DNA of 64,000 nucleotides from Candidatus Eiseniibacteriota bacterium (GTDB lineage Bacteria; Eisenbacteria; RBG-16-71-46): NCBI GenBank assembly GCA_963776245.1, contig CAVZLN010000003.1, positions 960,001 to 1,024,000 of the forward strand, read 5' to 3'. Shown piece by piece: positions 26,471 to 36,309 of this stretch (position 1 is its first letter; each line of letters starts with the position of its first letter). The notes under the pieces were generated by a model. It saw only the letters and a program-made list of their open reading frames with translations, ran no database searches and was not told where the DNA came from. The position numbers and the translations under genes were made by a program.

Positions 26471-27034
26471 TCAGTTGAGCGCGACGGTGGCGCCCTTGAT
26501 GCGGATGGGACCGCGCGAGGCGGAGAGGATGTGCGTGCCGCGGAGCTCGATGCGTCCGTCGTAGCGCAGCGTGATGCTGGCGCGCCCGCACTTGAGCTCG
26601 AGGTCGTGCTCGGCGGTGAACGAGAGCTTCTCGCCGTCCACCGTGACCTCGAGCCGGCCGCGCCCGGCGTCGCGCGCGCGCGCGGCGACCCGGTCGCGCA
26701 CCAGGCCGACCAGCAGCCAGCGCTGGGTGGGATCGGCAGTGCGCAGCACCAGCGCGCGACGGCGCTGGCGCGCAGCCTTGACGAGCGCGCCGTCGGAGAG
26801 CTCGAGGCCGATCGAGACCGGCACGGGGGCGCCGTTCTCGCCCTCGGGCCGGAACAGCAGGCGGCCTTCGTCGTCCACGCCTTCGAGGTGACCGGTGATG
26901 GCCTGCGCTCCGCCCCCGGGCGCCACCAGGCGCGCGAGCACATCCTCCGGAAGCGACGCCCGGGTGTCGGCGGCCGCGGTGGGCGATGCGGGATCGCGCG
27001 GCCGGCGCTCGGTCAGGGTGCGTTCGTCGTTCAT
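26471..27034 (-). CDS. DUF6484 / gp5-fragment-like spike accessory protein
   Basis: C-terminal LELKCGRASITLRYDGRIELRG.HILS.S.G..RIKGATVALN; GGAGGTGG RBS. Confidence 0.82.
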   Translation of the reverse strand: MNDERTLTERRPRDPASPTAAADTRASLPEDVLARLVAPGGGAQAITGHLEGVDDEGRLLFRPEGENGAPVPVSIGLELSDGALVKAARQRRRALVLRTADPTQRWLLVGLVRDRVAARARDAGRGRLEVTVDGEKLSFTAEHDLELKCGRASITLRYDGRIELRGTHILSASRGPIRIKGATVALN

Positions 27035-27087
27035 CGGACCACCTCCAACGCATGCGGGACAGCGATTGAATCGCGGATCGCCTCGGC

Positions 27088-27117
27088 ATTATCGAAGCGT
27101 GTTCGAAAGGGTGTCAA
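27088..27117 (-). promoter_or_regulatory. Internal promoter TTGACA-N18-GATAAT for the chaperone/effector cassette
   Basis: Consensus -35 and near-consensus -10 on the minus strand upstream of 27034. Confidence 0.6.
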
Positions 27118-27183
27118 CCGGCGAACTTCCACTTGGCTACCACGTCATCTTTCTGGGGCGACGCGGGCGGAACGGGCGGATCC

Positions 27184-27343
27184 TCCGGGGTGCTAATACC
27201 CACACGCACCCCTCCGGACCCGCCCGCTCCCCCCGTGTCGCGTGCGCGGCGAGGCGCTGCAAGAGGACCACTGGCTGCATCCCGCGCTCGGCGGTGGATG
27301 AGGGCGGACCTGGAGGGGTGCGTGTGGGTATTAGCACCCCGGA
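27184..27343. repeat. Inverted pair of 42-bp REP-like units (REPIN-like)
   Basis: 27184-27225 and 27302-27343 are reverse complements (first 32 bp identical, 39/42 overall) around a 76 nt spacer; each unit has an internal GGGGTGC/GCACCCC stem. Confidence 0.85.
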
Positions 27344-27401
27344 AGGTCTGCCCTCGTCCACCGCCCTTCGCAAGGGCGAAGATGCGCCGGCGCGGGCTCT
27401 C

Positions 27402-29681
27402 TCAGTTCTGGGTCACCTTGCTGCCCTTGATCGTGACGTCGCTGCTCGCCTTCACGCTGATCTTGCCCGAGCCCTTCACCGTCACGTCCTTGCCGCTGAT
27501 GGTGATGGTGCCGTCCTTCTTGAGCAGCATCTCAGCGCTGCCCGTCTTGATGCTGATCTCCTCGTCGGCTTCGAGCGCGATCTTCTTGGCCTTGAGGACG
27601 AGGTTCTTCGCCGCGGTCACGCTCCCCGACTCGCCCGCGGTCGCGTCGAAGTTCTTGCCCACGCTCAGCGAGTGGTCGTTCCCCACCTGCACCGACTTGT
27701 TCGCGCCCACGTTCTCGCTCGCGTTCGCGCCCACCGTCACGGAATACGCGGCGCCCACCACCAGCTCGCACGCGGCGCCGACCGTCACCGCGCGATTGAC
27801 GCCCACCGTGATGGTCTCGGCCGTGCCCACGCTGAGCGAGGAGTTCGACGCCACCGTGGTGTCCATGTTCGAGCCCACCACCAGCGTCTGGTTCGAGCCG
27901 ATGGTCTCGGAGCGATTGACCCCGACCTTCAGCGTCATGTTCTTGCCGATCTGCTCCTCGTGATCCACGCCCACCTCGATGGTCTTGTTCGAGCCGATGG
28001 TCTCGAACTCGTCCACCCCGACCTTCTTGGTGCGGTTGTGGTCCACCGTCAGGGCCTCGTCGTGGCCGACCGACTCGGTGTTGTCGTTCTCCACCACCTC
28101 CTGCTTGTCCTTCTCGGCGTGGAGGTACACCTGCTCGCTCCCCTTCTTGTCCTCGAAGCGGAGCTCGTTGAAGTTCGCCGGCCCGCCGCCCTTGCTGCTG
28201 CGGCTCTTGATGCCGCTCTGGGTGGCCAGCTCCGGCAGCCCGTACGGGTGCGTCTGGCGGCCGTTGTACACGCGGCCGGTGACGATGGGCCGGTCGGGAT
28301 CGCCCTCGAGGAACTCCACGATCACCTCCTGCCCCATGCGCGGGATGTGCACGCCGCCCCAGTTCTGGCCGGCCCACACCTGGGCCACCCGGATCCAGCA
28401 CGAGCTGTTCTCGTCCTCCTCGTTGAGACGGTCCCAGTGGAAGTGCACCTTCACGCGGCCGTGCTTGTCGGTCCAGATCTCCTCGCCCGACTTGCCGGTC
28501 ACGGTCGCCGTCTGCGGGCCGGTGATGAGCGGCCGCGGCGTGGTGCGCGCGGGCCGGAACGGCACGTCGCTCGGCATGGCGGTGAAGGCGCAGCGGTACA
28601 CCGACTCCTTGACCTCCTTCTCGAGGCCCTCGTAGCCCGCCACCGCCAGCTCGTGGCGCGTCGAGACCACCAGCCAGTCGCGGTTCTGGTCGTCGCGCGG
28701 GTGTTCCTTGAGCGTGAACAGCTCGCCGACCGCCAGCCCGACCGCGTTGCTCATGCCGTCCACGGTCTCGAACCGGGCCTGCATCTCCTCGAGCCGCAGC
28801 TTGGCGTAGGCGCGGCCGCGGTCCTGCGCGTCCTGGTCGCTGCCGTCCCCGCTGGCCACCTCGTAGGGCTCCACGTAGCCGCCCGGCGGGTCGTAGATCT
28901 GCAGCGTCCCGTACGGGTGCGAGCGCGAGGCCGCGGCGCTGGCGGTGAGGTCGACCTGCGGGGTCACGAACTCGAAGTCGCGGTGCACGTGCTCGCCCGG
29001 CTGCACCTCCTGCTGGAGCAGCCACTGGTAGATGTGGTCCTCGCGCTGGAGCGAGTCGGCGGACGCGGAAATGAACGGGACCTCGTCGTACGCCTCGGCC
29101 GTCTTGTGCGATCCGGGCCCGTCGTACATCTCGAGCATGTGCACGCCCTCCGAGTGCCGGAAGGCGTAGTAGATGCCCTCCTCCTCCAGCAGCCGGCTGA
29201 CGAAGTCGAAGTCGGTCTCGCGGTACTGCACGCAGTAGGTGCGCGGCAGGTAGCTGGCCTGCAGCTTCTCCTCGAAGTCGGAGAAGCCGTGCTTGCGGAA
29301 CACGGCCTTCGCGATCTCGGTCACGAGCTTGGCGTTCCCCTCGGAGCCGTTCCCGAAGATACGGCAGTCCTGGGCGCGCGTCAGGAACCACAGCCACGGC
29401 CGCAGCGTGGCGTGGTAGCGTACCCAGCGGCCGGTGCGGCCGCTGTACGCGAAGCGCGTCACGTAGCCGTTGAACCAGCGCGTCTTGCCGTCGGGCAGGT
29501 CGACGCTGACCGACATGGTCTTGCCCAGGAGGGTCTCGCCCTGGATCGCCGGATCGTGGCTGAGCAGCTCGAGGTCGTAGCGGAACGGACGGCCCAGCTC
29601 CTCGGTGGTCGTCATCCGGAGCGGCAGCAGCACGTCCGGATCGAGCGGGGTGGTGAGGTGCACCAGTTTCGTCGTGCTCAT
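27402..29681 (-). CDS. vgrG: T6SS spike protein VgrG with C-terminal gp5 beta-helix repeats
   Basis: YCVQYRETDFDFVSRLLEEEGIYY, GPQTATVTG..GEEIWTDKHGRVKV.FHWDR, SSCWIRVAQ, IPRMGQEVIVEFLEGDPDRP, NELRFED and 8-aa VGxN repeats. Confidence 0.97.
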   Translation of the reverse strand: MSTTKLVHLTTPLDPDVLLPLRMTTTEELGRPFRYDLELLSHDPAIQGETLLGKTMSVSVDLPDGKTRWFNGYVTRFAYSGRTGRWVRYHATLRPWLWFLTRAQDCRIFGNGSEGNAKLVTEIAKAVFRKHGFSDFEEKLQASYLPRTYCVQYRETDFDFVSRLLEEEGIYYAFRHSEGVHMLEMYDGPGSHKTAEAYDEVPFISASADSLQREDHIYQWLLQQEVQPGEHVHRDFEFVTPQVDLTASAAASRSHPYGTLQIYDPPGGYVEPYEVASGDGSDQDAQDRGRAYAKLRLEEMQARFETVDGMSNAVGLAVGELFTLKEHPRDDQNRDWLVVSTRHELAVAGYEGLEKEVKESVYRCAFTAMPSDVPFRPARTTPRPLITGPQTATVTGKSGEEIWTDKHGRVKVHFHWDRLNEEDENSSCWIRVAQVWAGQNWGGVHIPRMGQEVIVEFLEGDPDRPIVTGRVYNGRQTHPYGLPELATQSGIKSRSSKGGGPANFNELRFEDKKGSEQVYLHAEKDKQEVVENDNTESVGHDEALTVDHNRTKKVGVDEFETIGSNKTIEVGVDHEEQIGKNMTLKVGVNRSETIGSNQTLVVGSNMDTTVASNSSLSVGTAETITVGVNRAVTVGAACELVVGAAYSVTVGANASENVGANKSVQVGNDHSLSVGKNFDATAGESGSVTAAKNLVLKAKKIALEADEEISIKTGSAEMLLKKDGTITISGKDVTVKGSGKISVKASSDVTIKGSKVTQN

Positions 29682-29808
29682 GGAGACCGTCCTCGGATGG
29701 AGCCGCGGGGCCCGCGGGTGACGCCTGCCTGGGCGGGCAGCGTAGCGCATCTCCGGCGCGGGACGCAGCGTCAATGCGCCGCGCCGTGGTGCGGCGTGGA
29801 CCTGCGCA

Positions 29809-30011
29809 GGGCGCCGGGTCGGCCATGCCTTCTCCGGGGCATGAATCCGCTCCGCCGGAATGCCCCTGCGAAGGCATGGCCGTCCCGGCGCGCGGCCTCG
29901 CGTCGCCGCGCGGAACCAGCGAGGGGCGCCGGGCCGTCCATGCCTTCTCCGGGGCATGAATCCGCTCCGCCGGAATGCCCCTGCGAAGGCATGGCCGTCC
30001 CGGCGCGCGGC
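29809..30011. repeat. Two direct copies of an 88-bp palindromic unit (115 bp period)
   Basis: 29809-29896 and 29924-30011 are near-identical; each folds as GCGCCGGG/CCCGGCGC, CCATGCCTTC/GAAGGCATGG, GGGGCAT/ATGCCCC and TCCG/CGGA. Confidence 0.88.
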
Positions 30012-30040
30012 GCGCGTTCCACTCTGCGAAGGCCTGCCGC

Positions 30041-31477
30041 GTGATCCCGCAGGTCCTCGACGCCCTCCACCACGCCGCCGACGCCGACGCGGCCTTCCGT
30101 CTCGCGCGCGGCGTCGAGGACGGGGGCGACGCCGCGGCGGCCGAGCTCGCGTACCGGCTGGTGCTGGAGCGATTCCCGGGCGAGGTGCGGGCGTGCAACA
30201 ACCTCGGCATGCTGCTCGAGGCCGTGGGCCGGACCGAGGAGGCGGAGGCGCTGTTCCGGGCGGCTCTGGAGCGCGACCCGGACGCGTCGCCGGTGCTCCT
30301 GAACCTCGGCACGCTCGAACACGGCCGGGGCCGTCGGGACGAGGCCGAGGCGCTGTACCGGCGCGTGCTGGAGCGCACGCCCGACGCGGTGCCCGCGCTC
30401 ATGAACCTGGCCCGGCTCCAGTTCGACCGCGGGGACTTCGAGCGAGCGGCCGCGTCGCTCGAGCGCGCCGCGGCGGTCGAGCCGGACTCGCCCGCGCTCG
30501 AGACCGCGTACGGCACGGTGCTGTTCGAGCAGGGTCGCCTGCGCGACGCGCTGACGCGCTTCGAGCGGGCGCTGGCGCTCGATCCCGGCGCGGCCGAGAA
30601 GCACTTCCACGTGGGTCGCGTGCTCGACTCCATGGGGCGCCATGACGAGGCCATCGCGGCCTACCGGGCGTCGCTGGCGATCCGCGGCGAGTCCGTGGTG
30701 GTCCACGAGCGCCTCGCGCGGCTGCTGGTCGAGACCGGGCGGCGCGACGAGGCCGAGGTGCTGCTGCGGGAGTGGCTCGCGGCCGAGCCCGGGCAGCCGG
30801 TGGCGACCCACTTCCTGGCGTCCATGGGCGCGGTGCCGCCGCCGCCGCGGGCCGCGGACGACTACGTGAGCCTGGTGTTCGACCGCTTCGCCGACGACTT
30901 CGACACCACGCTCGAGCGCCTGCAGTACCGGGCGCCCGAGCGGGTCGCCGAAGCGGTGCGCTCGCACCTCGGCGAGCCCGCCGCCGCCGCCACCATGCTG
31001 GACGCGGGCTGCGGCACGGGCCTGTGCGCGCCGCTGATCCGGCCGTGGGCGCGCACCCTGGTCGGCGTCGACCTGTCGCGGGGCATGCTGGACCGGGCGC
31101 GCGCGCGCGGAGGGTACGACCTGCTGGTGCGCGCGGAGCTGACCGCGTTCCTGTCCGCGCGCGCCGCGGTCTGGGACCTGATCGTCTCGGCGGACACGCT
31201 GGTCTACTTCGGCGACCTGGACGCCGTGCTGCGGGGCGCCGCGCGGGCCCTGCGGCCGGGCGGGTGGATGGTGTTCTCGCTCGAGCGCGCCGAGCCACGG
31301 CCGGGGGGAGCGCCCTTCGAGCTCCAGCTGCACGGCCGGTACCGGCACCGGGAGGACCACGCGGCCGCCGCGGTGCGGAAGGCGGGCCTCACGCTGGTCG
31401 CGGCGGAGGCCTTCACCCCGCGTCTCGAGTCGGCACGCCCGGTCGAAGGGCTGCTCGTGGTGGCGCGCCGGTCCTGA
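30041..31477 (+). CDS. TPR-repeat protein with C-terminal SAM-dependent methyltransferase (COG4976-like)
   Basis: Multiple TPRs (NNLG..L, NLG.L); YV..VFDRFADDFD..L..LQYRAP, LDAGCGTGL, GVDLSRGML, ADTLVYFGDL and GRYRH. Confidence 0.88.
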   Translation: MIPQVLDALHHAADADAAFRLARGVEDGGDAAAAELAYRLVLERFPGEVRACNNLGMLLEAVGRTEEAEALFRAALERDPDASPVLLNLGTLEHGRGRRDEAEALYRRVLERTPDAVPALMNLARLQFDRGDFERAAASLERAAAVEPDSPALETAYGTVLFEQGRLRDALTRFERALALDPGAAEKHFHVGRVLDSMGRHDEAIAAYRASLAIRGESVVVHERLARLLVETGRRDEAEVLLREWLAAEPGQPVATHFLASMGAVPPPPRAADDYVSLVFDRFADDFDTTLERLQYRAPERVAEAVRSHLGEPAAAATMLDAGCGTGLCAPLIRPWARTLVGVDLSRGMLDRARARGGYDLLVRAELTAFLSARAAVWDLIVSADTLVYFGDLDAVLRGAARALRPGGWMVFSLERAEPRPGGAPFELQLHGRYRHREDHAAAAVRKAGLTLVAAEAFTPRLESARPVEGLLVVARRS

Positions 31478-31622
31478 AGCGGCCGCCGCGGCCGGGCCGG
31501 ACCCCCCGATCGCTCAAGACCCTTGCCTTGCCCCACCCGAACCGCCTAATCTGCGCGCTGGTCGCGCTCCAGCGGCCGCGGACGAGCCCTCGTTGCAATC
31601 CCACCCGAGCCCCAGGCGGATC

Positions 31623-32660
31623 ATGAGCGCTCTCGATCTCGAGTCCCTCCTCCGGGACCTCTCGGCGGATGCCCCGTGCGGCGAGAATGTCGAGTACGAC
31701 GCGTCGTTCGCCGCGATGGAGCGTGCCGCGCAGGGCAAGCCCGAGCAGCAGATGGGCGGCTCCATCATCGCGGCCGAGGAGCCCGACTGGCGCTCGGTGC
31801 AGGAGCTCGGTCTCGGATTGTTCAAGCGCACGCGCAACCTCCGCGTGGCCGTGCTGTTCGCCCGCGCGCAGCTGGGGCTGCGCGGCATGCCCGGCTTCGC
31901 CGACGGCGTGGCGCTGGTGCGCGGCCTGGTCGAGCGGCAGTGGGCCGGGGTGCACCCGCAGCTCGATCCGTCCGACGGCAACGACCCGACCATGCGCATC
32001 AACGCGGTCGCCGAGCTGGGCGGGCGGGACACCGTGATCCGCACGCTGCGCACCACGCCACTGGCCGTCTCGCGGGCCGTCGGCCGGTTCAGCCTGCGCG
32101 ACATCGAGATCGCGAGTGGCACGCAGACCCGGCCGGAGGGCGACGCGCCGGCGGTCGAGGGCACCACCATCAACGCCGCCTTCATGGACACCGACGGCGC
32201 CGAGCTCCAGGCCACCGCCGACGGCATCGCCCGGGCGCTGGCCGAGACCGAGGCGCTCGAGAAGTCGATCAACGCCGCCATCGGCACCGCGACCGGCCCG
32301 GACCTCTCCGGGCTGCGCCAGACGCTCAAGGCCATGGACCGCGCGGTGCGCGGGCACCTGGCGCGCCGCGGCCTGGGCGACGCCCCGGCCGAGGACGACG
32401 TGTCCGGGGCGCCCAGCCCGGGCTCCGGGGGGGCGGCGCGCGCGGTCGCCGGCGAGATCTCGAGCCGGGAGGACGTCATCCGGGTCCTCGACACCATCTG
32501 CGAGTACTATGCGCGGCACGAGCCCTCGAGCCCGCTTCCCATCCTGCTCCAGCGCGCCAAGCGACTGGTGCCGAAGACGTTCGTCGAGATCATCCGCGAC
32601 ATCGCGCCCGGCGGCGCATCCGAAGTCGAGACGCTGGCGGGTCTTGACAAGTCTGAATAG
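31623..32660 (+). CDS. tssA: T6SS TssA (short ImpA_N type)
   Basis: PCGENVEYD, EEPDW, W.GVHPQLD and C-terminal ISSREDVIR.LD.ICEYY.RHEPSSPLP.LL.RAKRL. Confidence 0.95.
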   Translation: MSALDLESLLRDLSADAPCGENVEYDASFAAMERAAQGKPEQQMGGSIIAAEEPDWRSVQELGLGLFKRTRNLRVAVLFARAQLGLRGMPGFADGVALVRGLVERQWAGVHPQLDPSDGNDPTMRINAVAELGGRDTVIRTLRTTPLAVSRAVGRFSLRDIEIASGTQTRPEGDAPAVEGTTINAAFMDTDGAELQATADGIARALAETEALEKSINAAIGTATGPDLSGLRQTLKAMDRAVRGHLARRGLGDAPAEDDVSGAPSPGSGGAARAVAGEISSREDVIRVLDTICEYYARHEPSSPLPILLQRAKRLVPKTFVEIIRDIAPGGASEVETLAGLDKSE

Positions 32661-32772
32661 CCGAGAGTATCAACGCTGAGCCTCTGGAAGCACCGCGTCG
32701 CTCGATCATTGGCGGTCCCACGGATCGCTCGTCCTCGCATACGTTGGGGGCGAGGAAGCAAGGAGGTGCGGT

Positions 32773-33306
32773 TTGGCATCGAAGGCAAGCAGTCAGAAGT
32801 TCATCGCCCGCAACCGGGCGCCCCGCGTCCAGATCGAGTACGACGTCGAGCTGTACGGAGCCGAGAAGAAGATCCAGCTGCCGTTCGTGATGGGGGTGTT
32901 CTCCGACCTGTCCGGCAAGCCGGCCGAGGAGCTGCCTCCGGTCGACGATCGCAAGGCGCTCATGATCGACGTCGACAACTTCGATGAGCGGCTCAAGGCG
33001 ATGAAGCCGCGGGTCGCGTTCACCGTGCCGAACACCATCACCGGCGAGGGCAATCTCGCGGTGGACATCACGTTCGAGAGCATGGACGACTTCACCCCCG
33101 CCGCCATCGCGAAGAAGGTCGAGGGACTCAAGCAGCTGCTGGAGACGCGCACGCAGCTCGCCAACCTGCTGACCTACATGGATGGCAAGGCCGGCGCCGA
33201 GAAGCTGCTGGCGCAGGTGCTGAACAACCCGGCGCAGTTGCAGGCGCTCGCCTCCGCACCCAAGCCCGCGGACGGCGGTTCGAGCGAGGAGCCCAGCAAT
33301 GGCTGA
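32773..33306 (+). CDS. tssB: T6SS sheath small subunit TssB (TTG start)
   Basis: SSQKFIARNRAPRVQIEYDVELYGAEKKIQLPFVMGV; AAGGAGG RBS. Confidence 0.97.
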   Translation: MASKASSQKFIARNRAPRVQIEYDVELYGAEKKIQLPFVMGVFSDLSGKPAEELPPVDDRKALMIDVDNFDERLKAMKPRVAFTVPNTITGEGNLAVDITFESMDDFTPAAIAKKVEGLKQLLETRTQLANLLTYMDGKAGAEKLLAQVLNNPAQLQALASAPKPADGGSSEEPSNG

Positions 33307-34793
33307 AAAGGAAGCCCTTTCCCAGCTGGCGCAGGGCCAGACGGTCGAGGCCGGCGAGTTCGCGACCCTGCTGAAGAAGAACTTCAAGCCCAAGAGCGAC
33401 CGGCAGCAGGAGGCCGTCGAGGGCGCCGTGTCCACGCTGGCGCAGGTGGCGATGCAGAACGCGACCCTCATCTCCGACGACGCGATCCGGTCGATCGAGG
33501 CGATGATCGCGGAGCTGGATCGCAAGCTGACCCAGCAGGTCAACCTGATCCTGCACCACGATGACTTCCAGAGGCTCGAGAGCGCGTGGCGCGGCCTGAG
33601 CTACCTCGTCAACAATTCCGAGACCGACGAGATGCTCAAGATCCGGGTGCTGAACATCAACAAGACTGGAGCTCGGCAAGACGCTCAAGAAGTTCAAGGG
33701 CACGGCCTGGGACCAGAGCCCGATCTTCAAGAAGATGTACGAGGAAGAGTACGGCATGTTCGGAGGCGAGCCCTACGGCTGCATCGTGGGCGACTATTAC
33801 TTCGACGCCACCTCGCCCCCCGATGTCGAGCTGCTGGGCGAGATGGCCAAGGTCTCGTCCGCCGCGCACTGCCCGTTCATCTCCGCCGCCGCGCCCGGCG
33901 CGCTCTCCATGGACAGCTGGCAGGAGCTGAGCAATCCGCGCGACCTGGCCAAGATCCAGGGCACGCCGGAGTTCGCGGGCTGGCGGTCGCTGCGCGAATC
34001 GGAGGATTCGCGCTACATCGGGCTCGCGATGCCGCGCTTCCTGTCGCGGCTGCCCTACGGCTCGAAGACCAACCCGGTCGAGGAGTTCGCGTTCGAGGAG
34101 GACACCGACGGCTCCAAGCACGAGAAGTACAACTGGGCCAACTCGGCGTACGCGATGGCCACGAACATCAACCGCTCGTTCAAGCTCTACGGCTGGTGCT
34201 CGAACATCCGCGGCATCGAATCGGGTGGCGCGGTCGAGGGGCTTCCGGTGCACACGTTCCCGACCGACGATGGCGGCGTGGACATGAAGTGCCCGACCGA
34301 GATCGCGATCGGCGACCGCCGCGAGGCGGAGCTGGCGAACCTGGGGTTCATGCCGCTGCTGCACCGCAAGAACTCCGACTTCGCGGCCTTCATCGGTGCC
34401 AACTCGCTGCAGAAGCCGACCGAGTACGACGATGCGGACGCCTCGGCCAATGCCAAGCTCGCGTCGCGGCTGCCGTACCTGTTCGCCGCCAACCGGTTCG
34501 CTCACTACCTCAAGTGCATCGTGCGCGACAAGATCGGCTCGTTCAAGGAGCGCGCGGACATGGAGGCGTGGCTGAACAGCTGGATCAGCCAGTACGTCCT
34601 CAAGGCCACCGCCGGGGTCACGGACATCGACAAGGCCCGCCAGCCGCTGGCGGGAGCCGAGGTCGTGGTCGAGGCGGTGGAAGGCAACCCGGGCTACTAC
34701 ACGTCGAAGTTCTTCCTGCGCCCGCACTATCAGCTGGAAGGGCTCACCGTCTCGCTCCGGCTGGTGTCCAAGCTGCCGTCCCAGAAGAAGTAG
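33299..34793 (+). CDS. tssC: T6SS sheath large subunit TssC, one frameshift near 33665
   Basis: [17 protein letters not shown] in the first frame; [31 protein letters not shown] and [15 protein letters not shown] in the second frame. Confidence 0.95.
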
Positions 34794-34884
34794 GTCCAGC
34801 GACCCGACGAATCCAGGCGACCCCGAACGGTCACCACGCGGCCGGACGCGACTCGCGTGTGGCCGCCAGTGAAAGGAGTCTCAA

Positions 34885-35364
34885 GTGATCTTCCTCAAGT
34901 TCGCGACCGAGATCAAAGGCGAGGTGGCCGAAGCGGGACACGAGGGCTGGATCAATCTGGACAGCATCCAGATGGGCGTCGGCCGCTCGATCACGACGGC
35001 GGGCGGCGGCGGGGACCGGGAGACCAGCAACCCGTCGTTCTCCGAGGTGACCTGCACGCGCCAGACCGACAAGGCCTCGCCCGAGCTGTTCATGCAGGCG
35101 ATCGCGGGCAAGACCCTCGGCCTGGCGACCGTGCACTTCGTGCAGGTCGGCGGCGTCGACAAGAAGCAGACCTACCTCACCTTCGAGCTCGACGAGGCCA
35201 TGATCAGCAGCTACAGCACGTCGAGCGGCGGCGACAAGCCGAGCGAGTCGTTCTCGATCAATTTCGTCAAGATCACGATGCAGTACGACTCGTTCGTCAA
35301 GGGCGGCACGGTGTCCAAGGGGACGCCCCAGAAGTGGGACATGATCAAGGGCGCGAAGTACTGA
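34885..35364 (+). CDS. hcp: T6SS tube protein Hcp
   Basis: IKGE...GHEGWI, DKASPEL, ISSYS and ESFSINF.KI.MQY motifs; AAAGGAG RBS. Confidence 0.95.
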   Translation: MIFLKFATEIKGEVAEAGHEGWINLDSIQMGVGRSITTAGGGGDRETSNPSFSEVTCTRQTDKASPELFMQAIAGKTLGLATVHFVQVGGVDKKQTYLTFELDEAMISSYSTSSGGDKPSESFSINFVKITMQYDSFVKGGTVSKGTPQKWDMIKGAKY

Positions 35365-35381
35365 TCCACGGAAGTCGTGCG

Positions 35382-35408
35382 GGCGGCGCTCCGTTGCGGG
35401 GCGCCGCC
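35382..35408 (+). terminator. GC-rich hairpin downstream of hcp
   Basis: GGCGGCGCTCCG-TTG-CGGGGCGCCGCC stem-loop with only a weak U tail. Confidence 0.45.
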
Positions 35409-35457
35409 TCGTTCCGGCGCCGCCCGGTTCCCGCGGGCGGCGACCCAGAGGGGCGTC

Positions 35458-36309
35458 ATGTCCGCTGAGTTCTCGCTGCGCGATCGGCCCCTGGCGGAGA
35501 CGCTCGCGGCGCTCCAGCAGCAGGTCCGCACCCAGCCTTCCGACGCCAAGCTGCGCACGTTCCTGTTCCAGCTGCTCGCCGTGCTGGGCCAGTGGGACCG
35601 CGCGCTCGGGCAGCTCAACGTCGCCGGCGAGCTGGATCCGCTCGCCATGGCCATGGTGCAGACCTACCGCGAGGCGCTGCGCTGCGAGGTGCTCCGCGCC
35701 GCCGTGTTCGCGGGGGAGCACACCCCGGTCGTCTTCGGCGAGCCGGGGCCGTGGATGGCCCCGCTCCTGGAGGCGCTGCGGCACGTGGGCGAGGGCCGCG
35801 CCGACCAGGCTCGCGCGCTGCGCGAGCAGGCGTTCGAACAGGCGCCCGCGACCCCCGGCCGGCTGTGGCGTCATCCGGAGAAGGCGGGCGATCCCCTGGG
35901 AGAGGGCGAGGCGCTCGGCTGGGTGGCCGACGCGGACACGCGGCTCGGTCCGGTGTGCGAGGCGATCGTGAACGGCCGTTACTGGTGGGTCCCGTTCCAG
36001 CACGTGCGCCGCATCGATCTCGAGGCCCCGACCGACCTGCGCGACCTGGTCTGGACCCCCGCGCACTTCGAATGGCGCAACGGCGGCGAGATGGTGGGCT
36101 TCGTGCCCACCCGCTACCCCGGGTCCGAGGCGAGCGACGAGGACGCGATCCGCAAGGCGTCGCGCACCGACTGGCGCGACCTGGGCGGGGACACGTGGGT
36201 CGGGCTCGGACAGCGGCTGCTGGCCACCGACGTCGGCGAGGTCCCGCTGCTCGAAGTGCGCCGCATCGTGTTCGACGTGCCGGAGGGGGGCGAGAGCGCC
36301 GGTGGCTGA
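35458..36309 (+). CDS. tagJ: T6SS accessory TagJ (ImpE/SciE)
   Basis: LRTFLFQLLAVLGQWDRAL.QL, ADADTRLGPVCE, YWWVPF, DLRDLVW, PTRYPG and GLGQR. Confidence 0.93.
   Translation: MSAEFSLRDRPLAETLAALQQQVRTQPSDAKLRTFLFQLLAVLGQWDRALGQLNVAGELDPLAMAMVQTYREALRCEVLRAAVFAGEHTPVVFGEPGPWMAPLLEALRHVGEGRADQARALREQAFEQAPATPGRLWRHPEKAGDPLGEGEALGWVADADTRLGPVCEAIVNGRYWWVPFQHVRRIDLEAPTDLRDLVWTPAHFEWRNGGEMVGFVPTRYPGSEASDEDAIRKASRTDWRDLGGDTWVGLGQRLLATDVGEVPLLEVRRIVFDVPEGGESAGG

Noticed and set aside
27640..28090. 24-nt periodic repeats in the vgrG 3' region
   Set aside because: They encode the ordinary 8-residue gp5 C-terminal beta-helix repeats of VgrG
29682..29957. N-terminal extension of VgrG in the ORF track
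   Set aside because: It merely translates the intergenic hairpin repeats; a GAGGA RBS precedes the ATG at 29681
29809..30011. Possible CRISPR array or integron attC sites
   Set aside because: Only two 88-bp units with a 27-nt gap, no cas genes or integrase in the window, and no GTTRRRY/RYYYAAC cores
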